A DNA stretch of 64,000 nt from Nitrospiraceae bacterium (GTDB lineage: Bacteria; Nitrospirota; Thermodesulfovibrionia; UBA6902). Position numbers and translations under genes: made by a program. Under the pieces are notes generated by a model. It did not search any database. It had not been told where the DNA came from and was given only the letters and a program-made list of their open reading frames with translations. The stretch covers positions 11,667 through 75,666 of the forward strand of contig QZKC01000068.1 of NCBI GenBank assembly GCA_003599425.1. Direction: 5' to 3'. Positions 9,237-19,085 of the stretch are shown here, piece by piece (within the stretch, counting starts at the first letter, position 1; every line of letters begins with the position of its first letter).

Positions 9237-10796
9237 TTATGACAAAAGCAGTCGGTTTTTTTCCGATCTCGATTCCCCGATATTGGTTACATATATTGCA
9301 GGCTGACTTTTGACCGGACATTTCGTTTCACATATACCGCATCCGACGCACAACAGAAGATCAACTCTGGGCTGCTGAATAATGGTCTCCCGGCCTTCTC
9401 TGTCCTTTACAAGATTTTTTTCAAACCAGATAGCTTTTTTCGGTGTAGGACAGACCTCTTCACAGACAATGCATGGCGTTGCGTGCGAATAGGGAAGGCA
9501 TCTGCTCTTATCTATCATTGCAAGCCCCAATTTAACCTGCATCTTTTCTTCAAGAGGAAGCTTTTTAATAGCGCCCGTGGGGCAAACCTGTCCGCAAAGA
9601 GTACAACGAAATTCGCAGTATCCTATCTTCGGAACGAGCATCGGAGACCAGATCCCTTCCAACCCCGCTTCAAGGAATGTCGGTTGAAGACCGTTTGTAA
9701 TGCATACCTTCATGCACTCGCTGCACTTTACGCATCGTTTTAGGAACTCATCCTCCGCAAGGGCTCCGGGAGGCCTGAGGAGTTTTGAAGATATTACTGT
9801 AGATTGATAAAAAGGATTTACTCTGAGCAATGGAACTGCCAGCATCCCTCCGGCTGCTGACGCGATCACATGCCTCCTTCCGAGATCGATCCCATCAACA
9901 GAAACAGATTTCTTTTTATCCCCTGCAGAAAAACCAAAATTCACTGCATTCTGGGGGCATATATCATCACAGTTCCAGCAGTAAAGGCATTCAGTGGGTC
10001 TCCAGTATCCCTTTTTATCAGGTGAAGCGTTGCCCTGACAGACATGGGCACATGCACCGCATTCCGTGCATCCCTCGCTCACCGTCCTTTTGAGAATTGA
10101 ATATCTCGATAATAACCCCAGCAATGCACCGAGGGGGCAAAGGTTCCTGCACCAGAATCTTGTTTGGTAAAGGTTTAATCCGAGGATCAGAAAGAACAGC
10201 ATACCGATAAATACAGATTGATTAAAATGAGGTTGCTGGAAAGACATGACACTTTTTTTCAGAAATGTGTATATGGTTTCAGAAACCTGTACAAGCCCTT
10301 TGGGATTCATGTCATATACCGCATCAAAAGCCGCCCTGAGGCCGTAATTGAACAGCGGGTATACGCTGACAGAAAAAGACCTGATAAGAAGTGCTAAGGG
10401 ATCCAGAATGCCGGTTAACTGCATGGTAAAAACAGATGATGCAAGAAGAAATATCAGAATATAATATTTAATTCTGTACCAGTTAAGACTTACGTCACCC
10501 TGTTTTTTTCTCTTGAACGCCCCTATGATGTTGTTCAGTGTTCCAAGAGGACATATCCATCCGCAGAATACTCTTCCAAGTATTATTGTTGCTATGATTA
10601 TGATCAGGGAAAGATAAAATGCTTTCGGGACCGTATGTGCCGAAAGAAACGTTGTGATAAAAATGAGCGGATCGAAATCAAGAAATAATTTTACAGGATA
10701 ACCAAGCTCATCTGCCCCTTTTGACTCGGTCTGTATAAAGAGAAAGAAGAAAAGCAGCAGGAATACAGCCTGTGAGGTTCTTCTCAGGTTTTGCAT
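9237..10796 (-). CDS. Membrane-bound polyferredoxin, NapH/MauN/FixG-like
   Basis: Two CxWxCPxG-type motifs (FCGWICPLGT, WCRNLCPLGA) in a multi-TM region. At least four CxxCxxCxxxCP 4Fe-4S motifs in the C-terminal half. 519 aa. Confidence 0.8.
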   Translation of the reverse strand: MQNLRRTSQAVFLLLFFFLFIQTESKGADELGYPVKLFLDFDPLIFITTFLSAHTVPKAFYLSLIIIIATIILGRVFCGWICPLGTLNNIIGAFKRKKQGDVSLNWYRIKYYILIFLLASSVFTMQLTGILDPLALLIRSFSVSVYPLFNYGLRAAFDAVYDMNPKGLVQVSETIYTFLKKSVMSFQQPHFNQSVFIGMLFFLILGLNLYQTRFWCRNLCPLGALLGLLSRYSILKRTVSEGCTECGACAHVCQGNASPDKKGYWRPTECLYCWNCDDICPQNAVNFGFSAGDKKKSVSVDGIDLGRRHVIASAAGGMLAVPLLRVNPFYQSTVISSKLLRPPGALAEDEFLKRCVKCSECMKVCITNGLQPTFLEAGLEGIWSPMLVPKIGYCEFRCTLCGQVCPTGAIKKLPLEEKMQVKLGLAMIDKSRCLPYSHATPCIVCEEVCPTPKKAIWFEKNLVKDREGRETIIQQPRVDLLLCVGCGICETKCPVKSQPAIYVTNIGESRSEKNRLLLS

Positions 10797-10836
10797 CTAT
10801 CAGATAACCAGTTTATCATTTACAGGCGTACGTATG

Positions 10837-11739
10837 TTATATGTTTAATTTCCTGATCCTGACCTTCTCAAGATCCATTTTCCCTATGCCATAATCTGCC
10901 GCAATTTTTACATATCCGAGGTCGCTTCCCTTCATCCCGAAAAGTGTCGCTCCATACGAGTCCACTGCAACCTGATCCATGCTGACTATAACTGTATCCA
11001 GTCTTTGCACATCAGCCAGATTTCCGCCCTGCGGCCCGTTTGCGGTAAGTACCCTTACCGCATCCAGCACAGTGAGCGTTGGTTTAACAACCATGGAAAG
11101 GTCTACAAGGCTTCGGTCCAGCTTCTGATGTATCTGGTTACGTTCTCCTCCCATGATCCCCATCCAGTTCTTCATTGACATGGTAAGCTTTGCAAGGCTG
11201 TGATGTTTTGCTACCGGTATGTTTATAACTTTGTCAGCTTCAAATATTTCAATATAGAGCGGCCATTCTTTCATGGCTTCCCCCTTCATCTTCATGACCC
11301 TGAATTTCCTGTCATCAACAAAATCTGCGTCTGCTCCGAGGGATCTCACCGCCTGCGCGATACCGCTTTGTATATAACATCTTCGCGGATCATTGACCGG
11401 ACGGTCAAACACCTTAACCTTTTTTGCTCCAGCTTCAAAGCATAATTTAGTCACAGTCGCAACCACATCAGGATTTGTATTCGCTGCCTGCTCAGGGACT
11501 CTGTCCCACGCCATGTTTGGTTTGATCACAACAATATCGCCTCTTGAAATGAACCTTCTTATTCCTCCAATAGCATCAATTGCTGCCCTTGTTATGACTT
11601 CAGCAGATTTACCCTTGGCGACTATCAGATCTGGTGGCTGTGTTTCTTCTTTTACTTCCAGGATCGCCTTGATCTCAGCAGGGACTGAAAGACCAATCCC
11701 TGCCATCCCTGCTATTTTAAGGAAATCTCTTCTGTTCAT
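10837..11739 (-). CDS. Tat-exported DUF362 domain protein
   Basis: Twin-arginine signal MNRRDFLKIAGMAGIGLSVPA. The remainder has the DUF362 fold signature. 300 aa. Immediately upstream of, and co-oriented with, the polyferredoxin. Confidence 0.7.
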   Translation of the reverse strand: MNRRDFLKIAGMAGIGLSVPAEIKAILEVKEETQPPDLIVAKGKSAEVITRAAIDAIGGIRRFISRGDIVVIKPNMAWDRVPEQAANTNPDVVATVTKLCFEAGAKKVKVFDRPVNDPRRCYIQSGIAQAVRSLGADADFVDDRKFRVMKMKGEAMKEWPLYIEIFEADKVINIPVAKHHSLAKLTMSMKNWMGIMGGERNQIHQKLDRSLVDLSMVVKPTLTVLDAVRVLTANGPQGGNLADVQRLDTVIVSMDQVAVDSYGATLFGMKGSDLGYVKIAADYGIGKMDLEKVRIRKLNI

Positions 11740-12019
11740 AAGACCTCCACTAACGCATATTTGCTAAAGAAGAATATTAATACCGAATAAAGTCCTGTAG
11801 TCGATTTCACTCTGTTCGCCGTTAAGATCCTGCACAACAGGGAATCCTACAGAGATATATGCTCCTACCTTTAGAATTTATATTCACAATTTTATCACAC
11901 ATTTGGCAGAAACCAAAATAGCGGAATTCGTGAGCAATTATATTTTTAAATCCAACGATAAGGAGTTATCATTGCGAGCGAAACGAAGCGATCTCGCCGA
12001 GGGACTACCTAAATAAAGA

Positions 12020-12427
12020 CTATCCTACGGTAAGCTTTTGGGAGCGTTCAAGAACGATCTGAACACCTTTCCTGTTGGCTGCATTGATTATGAGGGGGCC
12101 ATGAAAATTAGCTATCACATCATCCCCGCTCACCCTCACAATCACGAGAATGACAGTATTCTCGTCATTATCGTCGATCTGGAGATGCTTTTTTACTGGT
12201 TTGTCTATGTCGATGGAATACTCAGCGGCAAGCAGGTCGGGAGGAGCAACGATGAAAGCAATATCAGGATCATCCACGGCCTGAAGCCATTTCAGAGGGG
12301 TATCTTTGTGATCAATAAGGATGAAACGTTTCAAATCGGGAATCCCTATCAACCCGTCAGAAAAGTCTATTATCTTTTTTTCGTCCGCCTCTAAGATACC
12401 AAATCTTGAAGTATTGATCTTTATCAT
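12020..12427 (-). CDS. fliW: Flagellar assembly factor FliW
   Basis: [39 protein letters not shown]...[18 protein letters not shown] matches FliW. The start overlaps the csrA stop. Confidence 0.85.
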   Translation of the reverse strand: MIKINTSRFGILEADEKKIIDFSDGLIGIPDLKRFILIDHKDTPLKWLQAVDDPDIAFIVAPPDLLAAEYSIDIDKPVKKHLQIDDNDENTVILVIVRVSGDDVIANFHGPLIINAANRKGVQIVLERSQKLTVG

Positions 12428-12654
12428 TTTGACTCCAGTGCTTTGCTTATTTTCTGAAATTCGTCAATTAAAAGGCCTGATGACAGGAGGTTCTCCTCTT
12501 TTATTTTTTCGTATAATTCTTTTCTATAAATTCTCAGATGCGATGGCGCCTGAATCCCGATCCGCACTGAATTGCCTTTTACTTCAACAATTGTGATGGT
12601 TATATCATCACCGATCTTTATCGATTCATTTGACTTCCGTGTCAATACCAGCAT
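12424..12654 (-). CDS. csrA: Carbon storage regulator CsrA
   Basis: [46 protein letters not shown] is a near-consensus CsrA. RBS AGGAGG upstream. Confidence 0.9.
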   Translation of the reverse strand: MLVLTRKSNESIKIGDDITITIVEVKGNSVRIGIQAPSHLRIYRKELYEKIKEENLLSSGLLIDEFQKISKALESK

Positions 12655-12736
12655 CCTGCCTCCTGTTTGTTAATTATGGGTTAAAATAGGGAACACCATA
12701 AAAACTGATCCCTGATCCATGCCCCTGATACCTGTT

Positions 12737-13615
12737 TTAACCTAAAAAATCCATCAATGATTGTGATAATACTTTTGAACCTGACGCTCTCAATGATTCA
12801 AGTGCGTACTGTATTTTTGTGAGCTCGCTTATCGTACCTGCCAAATCTGTGTCCTCGAGATCAGACAATAACATCTTTAATGAGGTGCTTCTGTCTGCAT
12901 GTGTACTTTTCAATCTTTCGAGATAGCCCATCCTCGCACCGACGTCCGCGCGGACATTCGCTATTTGTCCGAGAGCATTATCGAGAGAGGTTGTAGACGC
13001 CCTGATCGCCGTCACATCATTGCTGGTAAGAGCATTATACAGATTATCAAGGGTTTCGAAGTAAGTCTCTCCTCCATAGCTGAAAGCTTCATCTCCAGTA
13101 ACGTTTATCGACACTGTGGAATCTCTGTCGATAAGTACGTTGATCATGTTGGTATCGCCAGAATAATTAAACCCTGCATCAAAGGGTTGTGCGTCTGTTT
13201 TATATCCCGAAAAAATATATCTGTCGCGAAACTTTGTCTGAGAAAGTCTTAAAGTCTCGTCTCTCAAGCTGGCAATCTCTTCAGCAATGGATGCCCTGTC
13301 TGATGCAGTCTGTGTATCTGTAGAAGCCTGTAAGGCAAGCTCCCGCGCACGTATTAATGCGTTTGCAGCAGAAGACATGATTGTATCGGTCAACCCGAGT
13401 TGACTATCTGCCTCATCAATATTTTTCATATATTGTTCCATCTCATTGATGCGCACCTTGTAATCCATCCCGTTCGCCAGACCGAAAACATCATCAGAAG
13501 GCTTGTTGATTTTTTTACCTGTGGAGAGTCTCTCTGATTGAACAGACATATCTCTTATTCTCTCCTGTAGAGATCTTGTCATTTGGTTAAATATGGTGAA
13601 AGATGTAATTCTCAT
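12737..13615 (-). CDS. flgL: Flagellar hook-associated protein 3 FlgL
   Basis: Flagellin-like N-terminal (MRITSFTIFNQMTRSLQERIRDMSVQSERLSTGKKI) and C-terminal helices. Follows flgK. Confidence 0.8.
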   Translation of the reverse strand: MRITSFTIFNQMTRSLQERIRDMSVQSERLSTGKKINKPSDDVFGLANGMDYKVRINEMEQYMKNIDEADSQLGLTDTIMSSAANALIRARELALQASTDTQTASDRASIAEEIASLRDETLRLSQTKFRDRYIFSGYKTDAQPFDAGFNYSGDTNMINVLIDRDSTVSINVTGDEAFSYGGETYFETLDNLYNALTSNDVTAIRASTTSLDNALGQIANVRADVGARMGYLERLKSTHADRSTSLKMLLSDLEDTDLAGTISELTKIQYALESLRASGSKVLSQSLMDFLG

Positions 13616-15234
13616 AAATTGATTATTGTCTGTAACAATTCATCAGTAACCTTTAATATCCTGGCCCCGGCCTCGTATGACCTCTGATAACGTATAAGAT
13701 TGGCAGCTTCTTCATCGAGAGAAACTCCTGACGTCTCATCCCTTTTTTTCTGCAGCTCAAACAGAAGGTTGTCATCATAGGTCAAACTGTCTGATGCCGC
13801 CTTGCTCATAACCCCAACATTTGAAATGATCCCGCTATAGTAATTTTCGAATGTCGAACCATCAAGATCGGAAATGCCTCCCTGAGACAACTGATACATT
13901 TGTAATGCCTTCGTATTGTCTCCAGGCAATGTTTGGTCTGAAGATGCTGCACTGATCTTTCGTATATCGGATATTTCAACGTTGAAATTCTCGATCACGC
14001 CGTTGAGAGGGCTTATAAAAAAACTGTCTCCACCTGCAGGAGAACCATCAATAACTACATCTATCCCTTCAAAACTTATCGTTGCTCCGGCGCTGTACGT
14101 TCCTGATGTTACAAGTGCTCCCGATGTCTTGTTATACACTTCGTAACTTGACGCATCAGTAAAGTTTATATCATATTCATCAAGTGTAAGGGTTGATACG
14201 TCGGAAACAACTGATGATGTAATATATGCTCCTGAAGAATAGTCGAGTGAAAATATCTGGAGCGGGTTAAAAAAATCATTACCCGTTGAACTGTCAAGAC
14301 CATAACCTGTCTGGTGCAGGCTGTTTGTTTCCTTGACGATAGAAGCAACGAGTTTCCTCAAGGCTGCCAGGGTCTCAGACTTTATATCATCCCTGACATC
14401 AATGTTCCCGCCGAGTTTTCCTTTCTCGAACATGGATGTTATATCTGCTCCACCAAAAGTAATGCTATTATTCCCTTCAATGTCTTCTGTGGCAGAAAGC
14501 TCATAGGACTGGAGCGGGGTTACAAGGCTTCTCCCCCCTATCAGTACAGTCACATATTTACTGTCATCTTCATACCATGTATAATTTGTTAGTTCAGCAA
14601 GATCATTCAGAAGCTTATCTCTCTGGTCTCTCATATTACTTGCCTGATTGATATTTTGTCCTGATTCAGTCTGCGCTATTTTTTCATTCAATTGTGAAAT
14701 CTGTGAAGCTATGGAATTTACCTGTCCGACAACATTTACTATTTCGTCATTTACATCCTTGAGGATATCTGAAATATCCCTTTCGATCTGCTTTGCATTT
14801 TGAACGAGGGTCTTTGCCTGCTGAAGCAGAATCGTCCTTTGGGTCTGACTTTCAGGATTGGTTGCAACACCCTGCCATGCGTTGAAATAGTTCTTTAGTG
14901 AATCGGACAACCCGAGGTCTTTTGTTTCATTCAATATCTGCTCAAGATTGCTTAATCCGCGATCCAGTGCATATGATCTCCCGAAACTCTGGTTTTGCCC
15001 TATTATCTGCATATGAATGAACTTGTCATAGTGCCTTCTTATTTCAGACGTCCTCACTCCTCTTCCCAGAAAGTCTCCTCCAATCTGGACAGAATTTGAA
15101 ACCTCAAGGATCACCTCCTGACGGTTATATCCAGGGGTGTTCACATTAGCTATATTATTGCTAACAACATTTAAAGCCTTCTGACTTGCGAACAGTGCGG
15201 ATTTCCCTATATCAAAAAGTCCGAAAAGGGACAT
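13612..15234 (-). CDS. flgK: Flagellar hook-associated protein 1 FlgK
   Basis: N-terminus MSLFGLFDIGKSALFASQKALNVVSNNIANVNTPGYNRQ and C-terminus SLDEEAANLIRYQRSYEAGARIL. 540 aa. Confidence 0.85.
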   Translation of the reverse strand: MSLFGLFDIGKSALFASQKALNVVSNNIANVNTPGYNRQEVILEVSNSVQIGGDFLGRGVRTSEIRRHYDKFIHMQIIGQNQSFGRSYALDRGLSNLEQILNETKDLGLSDSLKNYFNAWQGVATNPESQTQRTILLQQAKTLVQNAKQIERDISDILKDVNDEIVNVVGQVNSIASQISQLNEKIAQTESGQNINQASNMRDQRDKLLNDLAELTNYTWYEDDSKYVTVLIGGRSLVTPLQSYELSATEDIEGNNSITFGGADITSMFEKGKLGGNIDVRDDIKSETLAALRKLVASIVKETNSLHQTGYGLDSSTGNDFFNPLQIFSLDYSSGAYITSSVVSDVSTLTLDEYDINFTDASSYEVYNKTSGALVTSGTYSAGATISFEGIDVVIDGSPAGGDSFFISPLNGVIENFNVEISDIRKISAASSDQTLPGDNTKALQMYQLSQGGISDLDGSTFENYYSGIISNVGVMSKAASDSLTYDDNLLFELQKKRDETSGVSLDEEAANLIRYQRSYEAGARILKVTDELLQTIINL

Positions 15235-15689
15235 TATGTCTCCTTTGACAAAAGTACCCCTGTGGTTTGGGGTATATGCTGGGTTGTGAACGAATGGAAA
15301 AAACTTGCAGTTGTTTTGATGTATCTGAGGGACCGGTCAATAAGAATACTGTTGACCTTGTTCATCTCATCAATATTCTGCAGAATTGAAAGCATCCGGG
15401 ACCGCAATTCCGAAAATGCCCCGTTGCCTGTATGCCGTCCAAGATCGTCCAGATTAATGCCATTTAAAATGCCATTGTCTTCCGCAAATTTCTTCATTAA
15501 ACGAATGCGTTCTTCTTCAAGAAGTCTAAGACGCATAACGACCGTATCTTTCACTTTCGAGATCTCTTCTATTTTCTCAGCATTAATACTTACAAGACAC
15601 TGTCTCTCCTCTTCCAGAAGATCGAGAAGCCTCTTGTAAGTATTTACCTGCTCTTCAAGAATATTGATGATGGCCCTGTCTGATGTCAT
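15234..15689 (-). CDS. flgN: FlgN-family flagellar export chaperone
   Basis: Helical 151-aa protein between flgM and flgK with the FlgN-like leucine heptad pattern. Confidence 0.6.
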   Translation of the reverse strand: MTSDRAIINILEEQVNTYKRLLDLLEEERQCLVSINAEKIEEISKVKDTVVMRLRLLEEERIRLMKKFAEDNGILNGINLDDLGRHTGNGAFSELRSRMLSILQNIDEMNKVNSILIDRSLRYIKTTASFFHSFTTQHIPQTTGVLLSKET

Positions 15690-15979
15690 ATTTCTTCTAA
15701 TATTTTTTCCGCTATCTTTCTCGGGTCTATATTGTAGTTCCCTGTGTCAATAGCTTTTTTCAGGGCATCAACCTTGTCAGTTCTAATGTCAGGAAGCTGA
15801 TCTATCGCTGCCTTCAGTTCACTTATTTCTTTCGCCGTTCCTGAGACACTGATTTTGTCGCCTTCACTTTCCGGTTTTCCTACATTCTTTTTCTTGTCTG
15901 CTTCTTTACTGTCAGTTGTTTCCTGAACTTTATTGTATAGCTCTTTCTTATCTATCGGATTATTTCCATCAATTCTCAT
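15686..15979 (-). CDS. flgM: Anti-sigma-28 factor FlgM
   Basis: C-terminal KVDALKKAIDTGNYNIDPRKIAEKILE matches the FlgM sigma-28-binding helix. RBS GGGGGT. Sigma-28 promoter directly upstream. Confidence 0.75.
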   Translation of the reverse strand: MRIDGNNPIDKKELYNKVQETTDSKEADKKKNVGKPESEGDKISVSGTAKEISELKAAIDQLPDIRTDKVDALKKAIDTGNYNIDPRKIAEKILEEI

Positions 15980-16042
15980 TACGATTACCCCCTTTCATTT
16001 AGCTCTCCGATGTGTAATATTTTTTTACACCTCCTGTTTCTT

Positions 16043-16069
16043 TTATCGGCATTTATTTTGTTTTCTTTA
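16043..16069 (-). promoter_or_regulatory. Sigma-28 (FliA) promoter for the flgM-flgN-flgK-flgL-csrA-fliW operon
   Basis: Minus strand reads TAAA-N15-GCCGATAA (TAAAGAAAACAAAATAAATGCCGATAA), a perfect match to the FliA consensus. It sits about 60 nt upstream of the flgM start. Confidence 0.65.
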
Positions 16070-16072
16070 ATT

Positions 16073-16444
16073 TTATTTTTCATCTATGTTTTTATTTACT
16101 TTAGCATGTTCATCTATCTTTTTATTAAGAAAATCTTCGAGTGATTTCTGGAGCCCTACCCCCCTCTCTGACATTACTTTGGATAATTCCATATCAAATA
16201 AATCCATATATGTATCTTTTCCCAAGCCATGCTCCTCAGAAGACGCGCTGCCTGATGCCCTTCTCATCACCTTGATCAATTCATGAATAAAAAGCGCCTC
16301 CATCTCTTTGGCAACTTTTTTTATGTCTGTATTTTCACTGTTCCCATCTGCATGAGAGGATGGCAACACAGGCATTCTCTTAACGCTTTTTTTAAATGCA
16401 TCCAGGCCAGTATTAGCTGGAATGTAATTGCTCAAGATGTCCAT
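16073..16444 (-). CDS. Flagellar rod-binding protein (FlgJ N-terminal-domain-like)
   Basis: VAKEMEALFIHELIKVMRRA matches the Rod_binding family motif. 123 aa. No muramidase domain. Confidence 0.65.
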   Translation of the reverse strand: MDILSNYIPANTGLDAFKKSVKRMPVLPSSHADGNSENTDIKKVAKEMEALFIHELIKVMRRASGSASSEEHGLGKDTYMDLFDMELSKVMSERGVGLQKSLEDFLNKKIDEHAKVNKNIDEK

Positions 16445-17584
16445 TTATATGATCTCCAGTTCCGCTCTTAAAGCACCTGCTGCCTTGAGCGCCTGAAGTA
16501 TGGATATCAAGTCTCTCGGAGTTACACCCAATGCATTCAGCGCCCTTACTACCTCACCCAGGGTAACGCCTGATACCTGGACAAGCGATCCTTTTTGCTC
16601 TTTCACGTTAATTTCCGTTCGTGGTACCGTAACAGTCTCCGCATCTTCCGGAGCAAGAGGCAATGGTTGTGAAACCTCAGGCGTTTCCCTGATCTCGATT
16701 GCAAGGGATCCATGAGCGATCGCAACGGGTGAAATGGATACATTATCGCCGATTACTATAGTCCCTGTTCTCTCGTTAACCACAATCCTTGCCGGCATAT
16801 CGACCCTGACGTCAACTGCTTCAATTTTCGTGATGAATCCGACTGGATCCATTTGATACTGATCCGGTATGGTTAAATTTATTGATGATGAATCTGCCGG
16901 AACAGCATAAGCTCCGTGAAGTTCCCTGTTGATCTGTTCTGCTATCGTATTTGCGGTAGTAAAATCCGCTTTGTGCAGGAACAACCGGATGCTGTCTCCA
17001 TTCCCAAGGACAAATTGAGGTTCTATTTCAATCGTTACCCCCTCAGGGATTTTTCCTGCGGCCGGATGATTTTTTTGCGACTTTGCTCCTTCACCCTCTG
17101 CTGCAAAACCGCCTATGGAAACAGGCCCCTGTGCAAGGGCATAAACTGTCCCGTCAGGCCCCTTAAGCGGAGTAAGAAGGAGCGTGCCTCCCTGAATACT
17201 TTTTGCGTCGCCGATAGTTGAGACAAGTGCGTCAATCTTCGTCCCCGGCTTTGCAAACGGCGGCAATGTAGCCGTGACTATAGTTGCAGCAATGTTTTTT
17301 GACTTCAAATCGTCAGAATTGATCGTGAGCCCCATCCTTTTCAGCATGTTCACTATACCCTGAACGGCAGCCTGTCCTTTATCTCCAGTGCCATCAAGGC
17401 CAATTACAATCCCGTATCCAATTAATTGATTGTCACGCACTCCCTCAAAACGTGCAATGTCTTTGATACGTTCAGCGTAAACAGAAGTGAACAGTGAACA
17501 GTAGACAGTGAACAGCAAAAAAAATACAAAAATTAATTTCATGTTTACCAGCAGTCTTCTTTTAATTTCTAATGTCATTTTCAT
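16445..17584 (-). CDS. flgI: Flagellar P-ring protein FlgI
   Basis: Signal peptide, then RIKDIARFEGVRDNQLIGYGIVIGLDGTGDK. 379 aa. Confidence 0.9.
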   Translation of the reverse strand: MKMTLEIKRRLLVNMKLIFVFFLLFTVYCSLFTSVYAERIKDIARFEGVRDNQLIGYGIVIGLDGTGDKGQAAVQGIVNMLKRMGLTINSDDLKSKNIAATIVTATLPPFAKPGTKIDALVSTIGDAKSIQGGTLLLTPLKGPDGTVYALAQGPVSIGGFAAEGEGAKSQKNHPAAGKIPEGVTIEIEPQFVLGNGDSIRLFLHKADFTTANTIAEQINRELHGAYAVPADSSSINLTIPDQYQMDPVGFITKIEAVDVRVDMPARIVVNERTGTIVIGDNVSISPVAIAHGSLAIEIRETPEVSQPLPLAPEDAETVTVPRTEINVKEQKGSLVQVSGVTLGEVVRALNALGVTPRDLISILQALKAAGALRAELEII

Positions 17585-17605
17585 GTCCTCTCACTCATCA
17601 CTTTC

Positions 17606-18382
17606 TCAGAAAGGCCATACGTTATCAAGTATTCTTACGAGCCAGCCCGGACTCTGCTTGTCCTGGATAACTCCGTCTCCAACGTAATATATCCTCGCGT
17701 CGGCTATTTTGCTGCTGCTGATATTGTTGTTGGCATCAATATCGTCTGGTCTTGCCATCCCGGCAAATACCAGTAGCTGTTTTTCATTATTAATGGTCAT
17801 CTCTTTCCTTGCTTCCAGTGAAAGATTTCCATTCGGCAATACTTCCACAACTTTTGCAGTTATTGTTGCCACGAGCTTCCCTTCCCTGTTCGTATCCCCC
17901 TTCCCTTTGAACTCGGATTTTCCATCACCTGCAACAGCAGGCTCAAATATATTCGTCCCTTTGAATAAGTCTTTCAGAAGGAAAGCTTTATGCAAATTAA
18001 AATCTTTATTCATGCCGAATATGTTTGCAGCATCATAGTCTGCCGTGGACTCCCTGCTTGTATCAGTGTCAGCCTTGCCTGAACCTGAAAGGTTTTCCTC
18101 AATATTTATGGTCACAAGATCATTCAGCCTTCTTGCCTTAGTGTCATTGAATATATTACCGGAGTCGTTCCACAGGGAGTTTACTGATGATTTGATCGCC
18201 TCATTTTCATGGTATACATATTTTGGTGGCTCTGGCGGCAGCTTCGCAGAAGGAGAAGCGCAACCGATTATACACAGAGCAGAAAGCAGAGATATATTAC
18301 AGCACCACCATTTGCTGACAGATAACCGTTGACCGCTGACTCCTTTCGCTTTACAGTTCAATTTTGACAGTATTTTCATCAA
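17606..18382 (-). CDS. flgH: Flagellar L-ring lipoprotein FlgH
   Basis: Lipobox (LCIIGCAS). SLWNDSGNIFNDTKARRLNDLVTINIEEN is the FlgH core. The true start is probably downstream of the track start, which overlaps flgA. Confidence 0.8.
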   Translation of the reverse strand: MMKILSKLNCKAKGVSGQRLSVSKWWCCNISLLSALCIIGCASPSAKLPPEPPKYVYHENEAIKSSVNSLWNDSGNIFNDTKARRLNDLVTINIEENLSGSGKADTDTSRESTADYDAANIFGMNKDFNLHKAFLLKDLFKGTNIFEPAVAGDGKSEFKGKGDTNREGKLVATITAKVVEVLPNGNLSLEARKEMTINNEKQLLVFAGMARPDDIDANNNISSSKIADARIYYVGDGVIQDKQSPGWLVRILDNVWPF

Positions 18383-19034
18383 TCAATACTCCTCTCACTT
18401 CTTTTCTTGATGACAGATTAATTGCCTTAACCTGTGTCCCTATATATCCTTTTTCCCTGATCTCTCCTGCAGCCGTGATATTGAAGCCTGGGGCGCTGTA
18501 TAACAGCACCACCCTGTTACCTTTTTTTACGGTCCCTGTTTTCTCAATCATGTCCTGAACGATCACCATATCTGCCAGAATAGACCTTTTCAAAGGTTTT
18601 CCGATTATCGACTCAGGGTTCTTAACTGCACTTTTAGGCATTCTGTTTATGTCCATTTCGGATAAATAGACATCGCTATCCTGAAGGACGTATCCTTTTT
18701 TCAACGGCCTTATGCTTTTGACAACTGCGTCCAGTGCCCTGATGTCAGCTTTTACGATGATTTTATTGTCGTTTTCGTCCGTAAAAGAAAAAACACCTTT
18801 GCCAACAGGTCCCTTTTCTACAGTTATCTGATCAGGAGATGCTCCTGCCAGATCACCTGCAACATTTACATTCGTTACTTCAATCTTTTGCCACGGATAG
18901 TTATTTTCGAGGTATGCCTGAAGGGCGCTTTCAGGTTGCAACGGATCTGCGATAGCTGCGGGGAGGCAAAATGACATAATTATAGTGCAGAATACGAGCA
19001 CAAAGACGCTATGAGTGATAATTATACGGGTCAT
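18351..19034 (-). CDS. flgA: Flagellar P-ring formation chaperone FlgA
   Basis: Signal peptide plus the FlgA/SAF-domain pattern (...RPLKKGYVLQDSDVYLSEMD...VVLLYSAPGFNITAAGEIREKGYIGTQVKAINLSSRKEVRGVLI). Confidence 0.8.
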   Translation of the reverse strand: MTRIIITHSVFVLVFCTIIMSFCLPAAIADPLQPESALQAYLENNYPWQKIEVTNVNVAGDLAGASPDQITVEKGPVGKGVFSFTDENDNKIIVKADIRALDAVVKSIRPLKKGYVLQDSDVYLSEMDINRMPKSAVKNPESIIGKPLKRSILADMVIVQDMIEKTGTVKKGNRVVLLYSAPGFNITAAGEIREKGYIGTQVKAINLSSRKEVRGVLIDENTVKIEL

Positions 19035-19085
19035 CTCTGCTCCTTTTTATCCAAAGCATGCTTATTAAAATTTTCTCTCACCTCA

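Noticed and set aside
11940-11990. GCGAG...CTCGC inverted repeat downstream of fliW
   Set aside because: Only 5-bp arms with an 18-nt loop and no U-tract. Too weak to call as a terminator.
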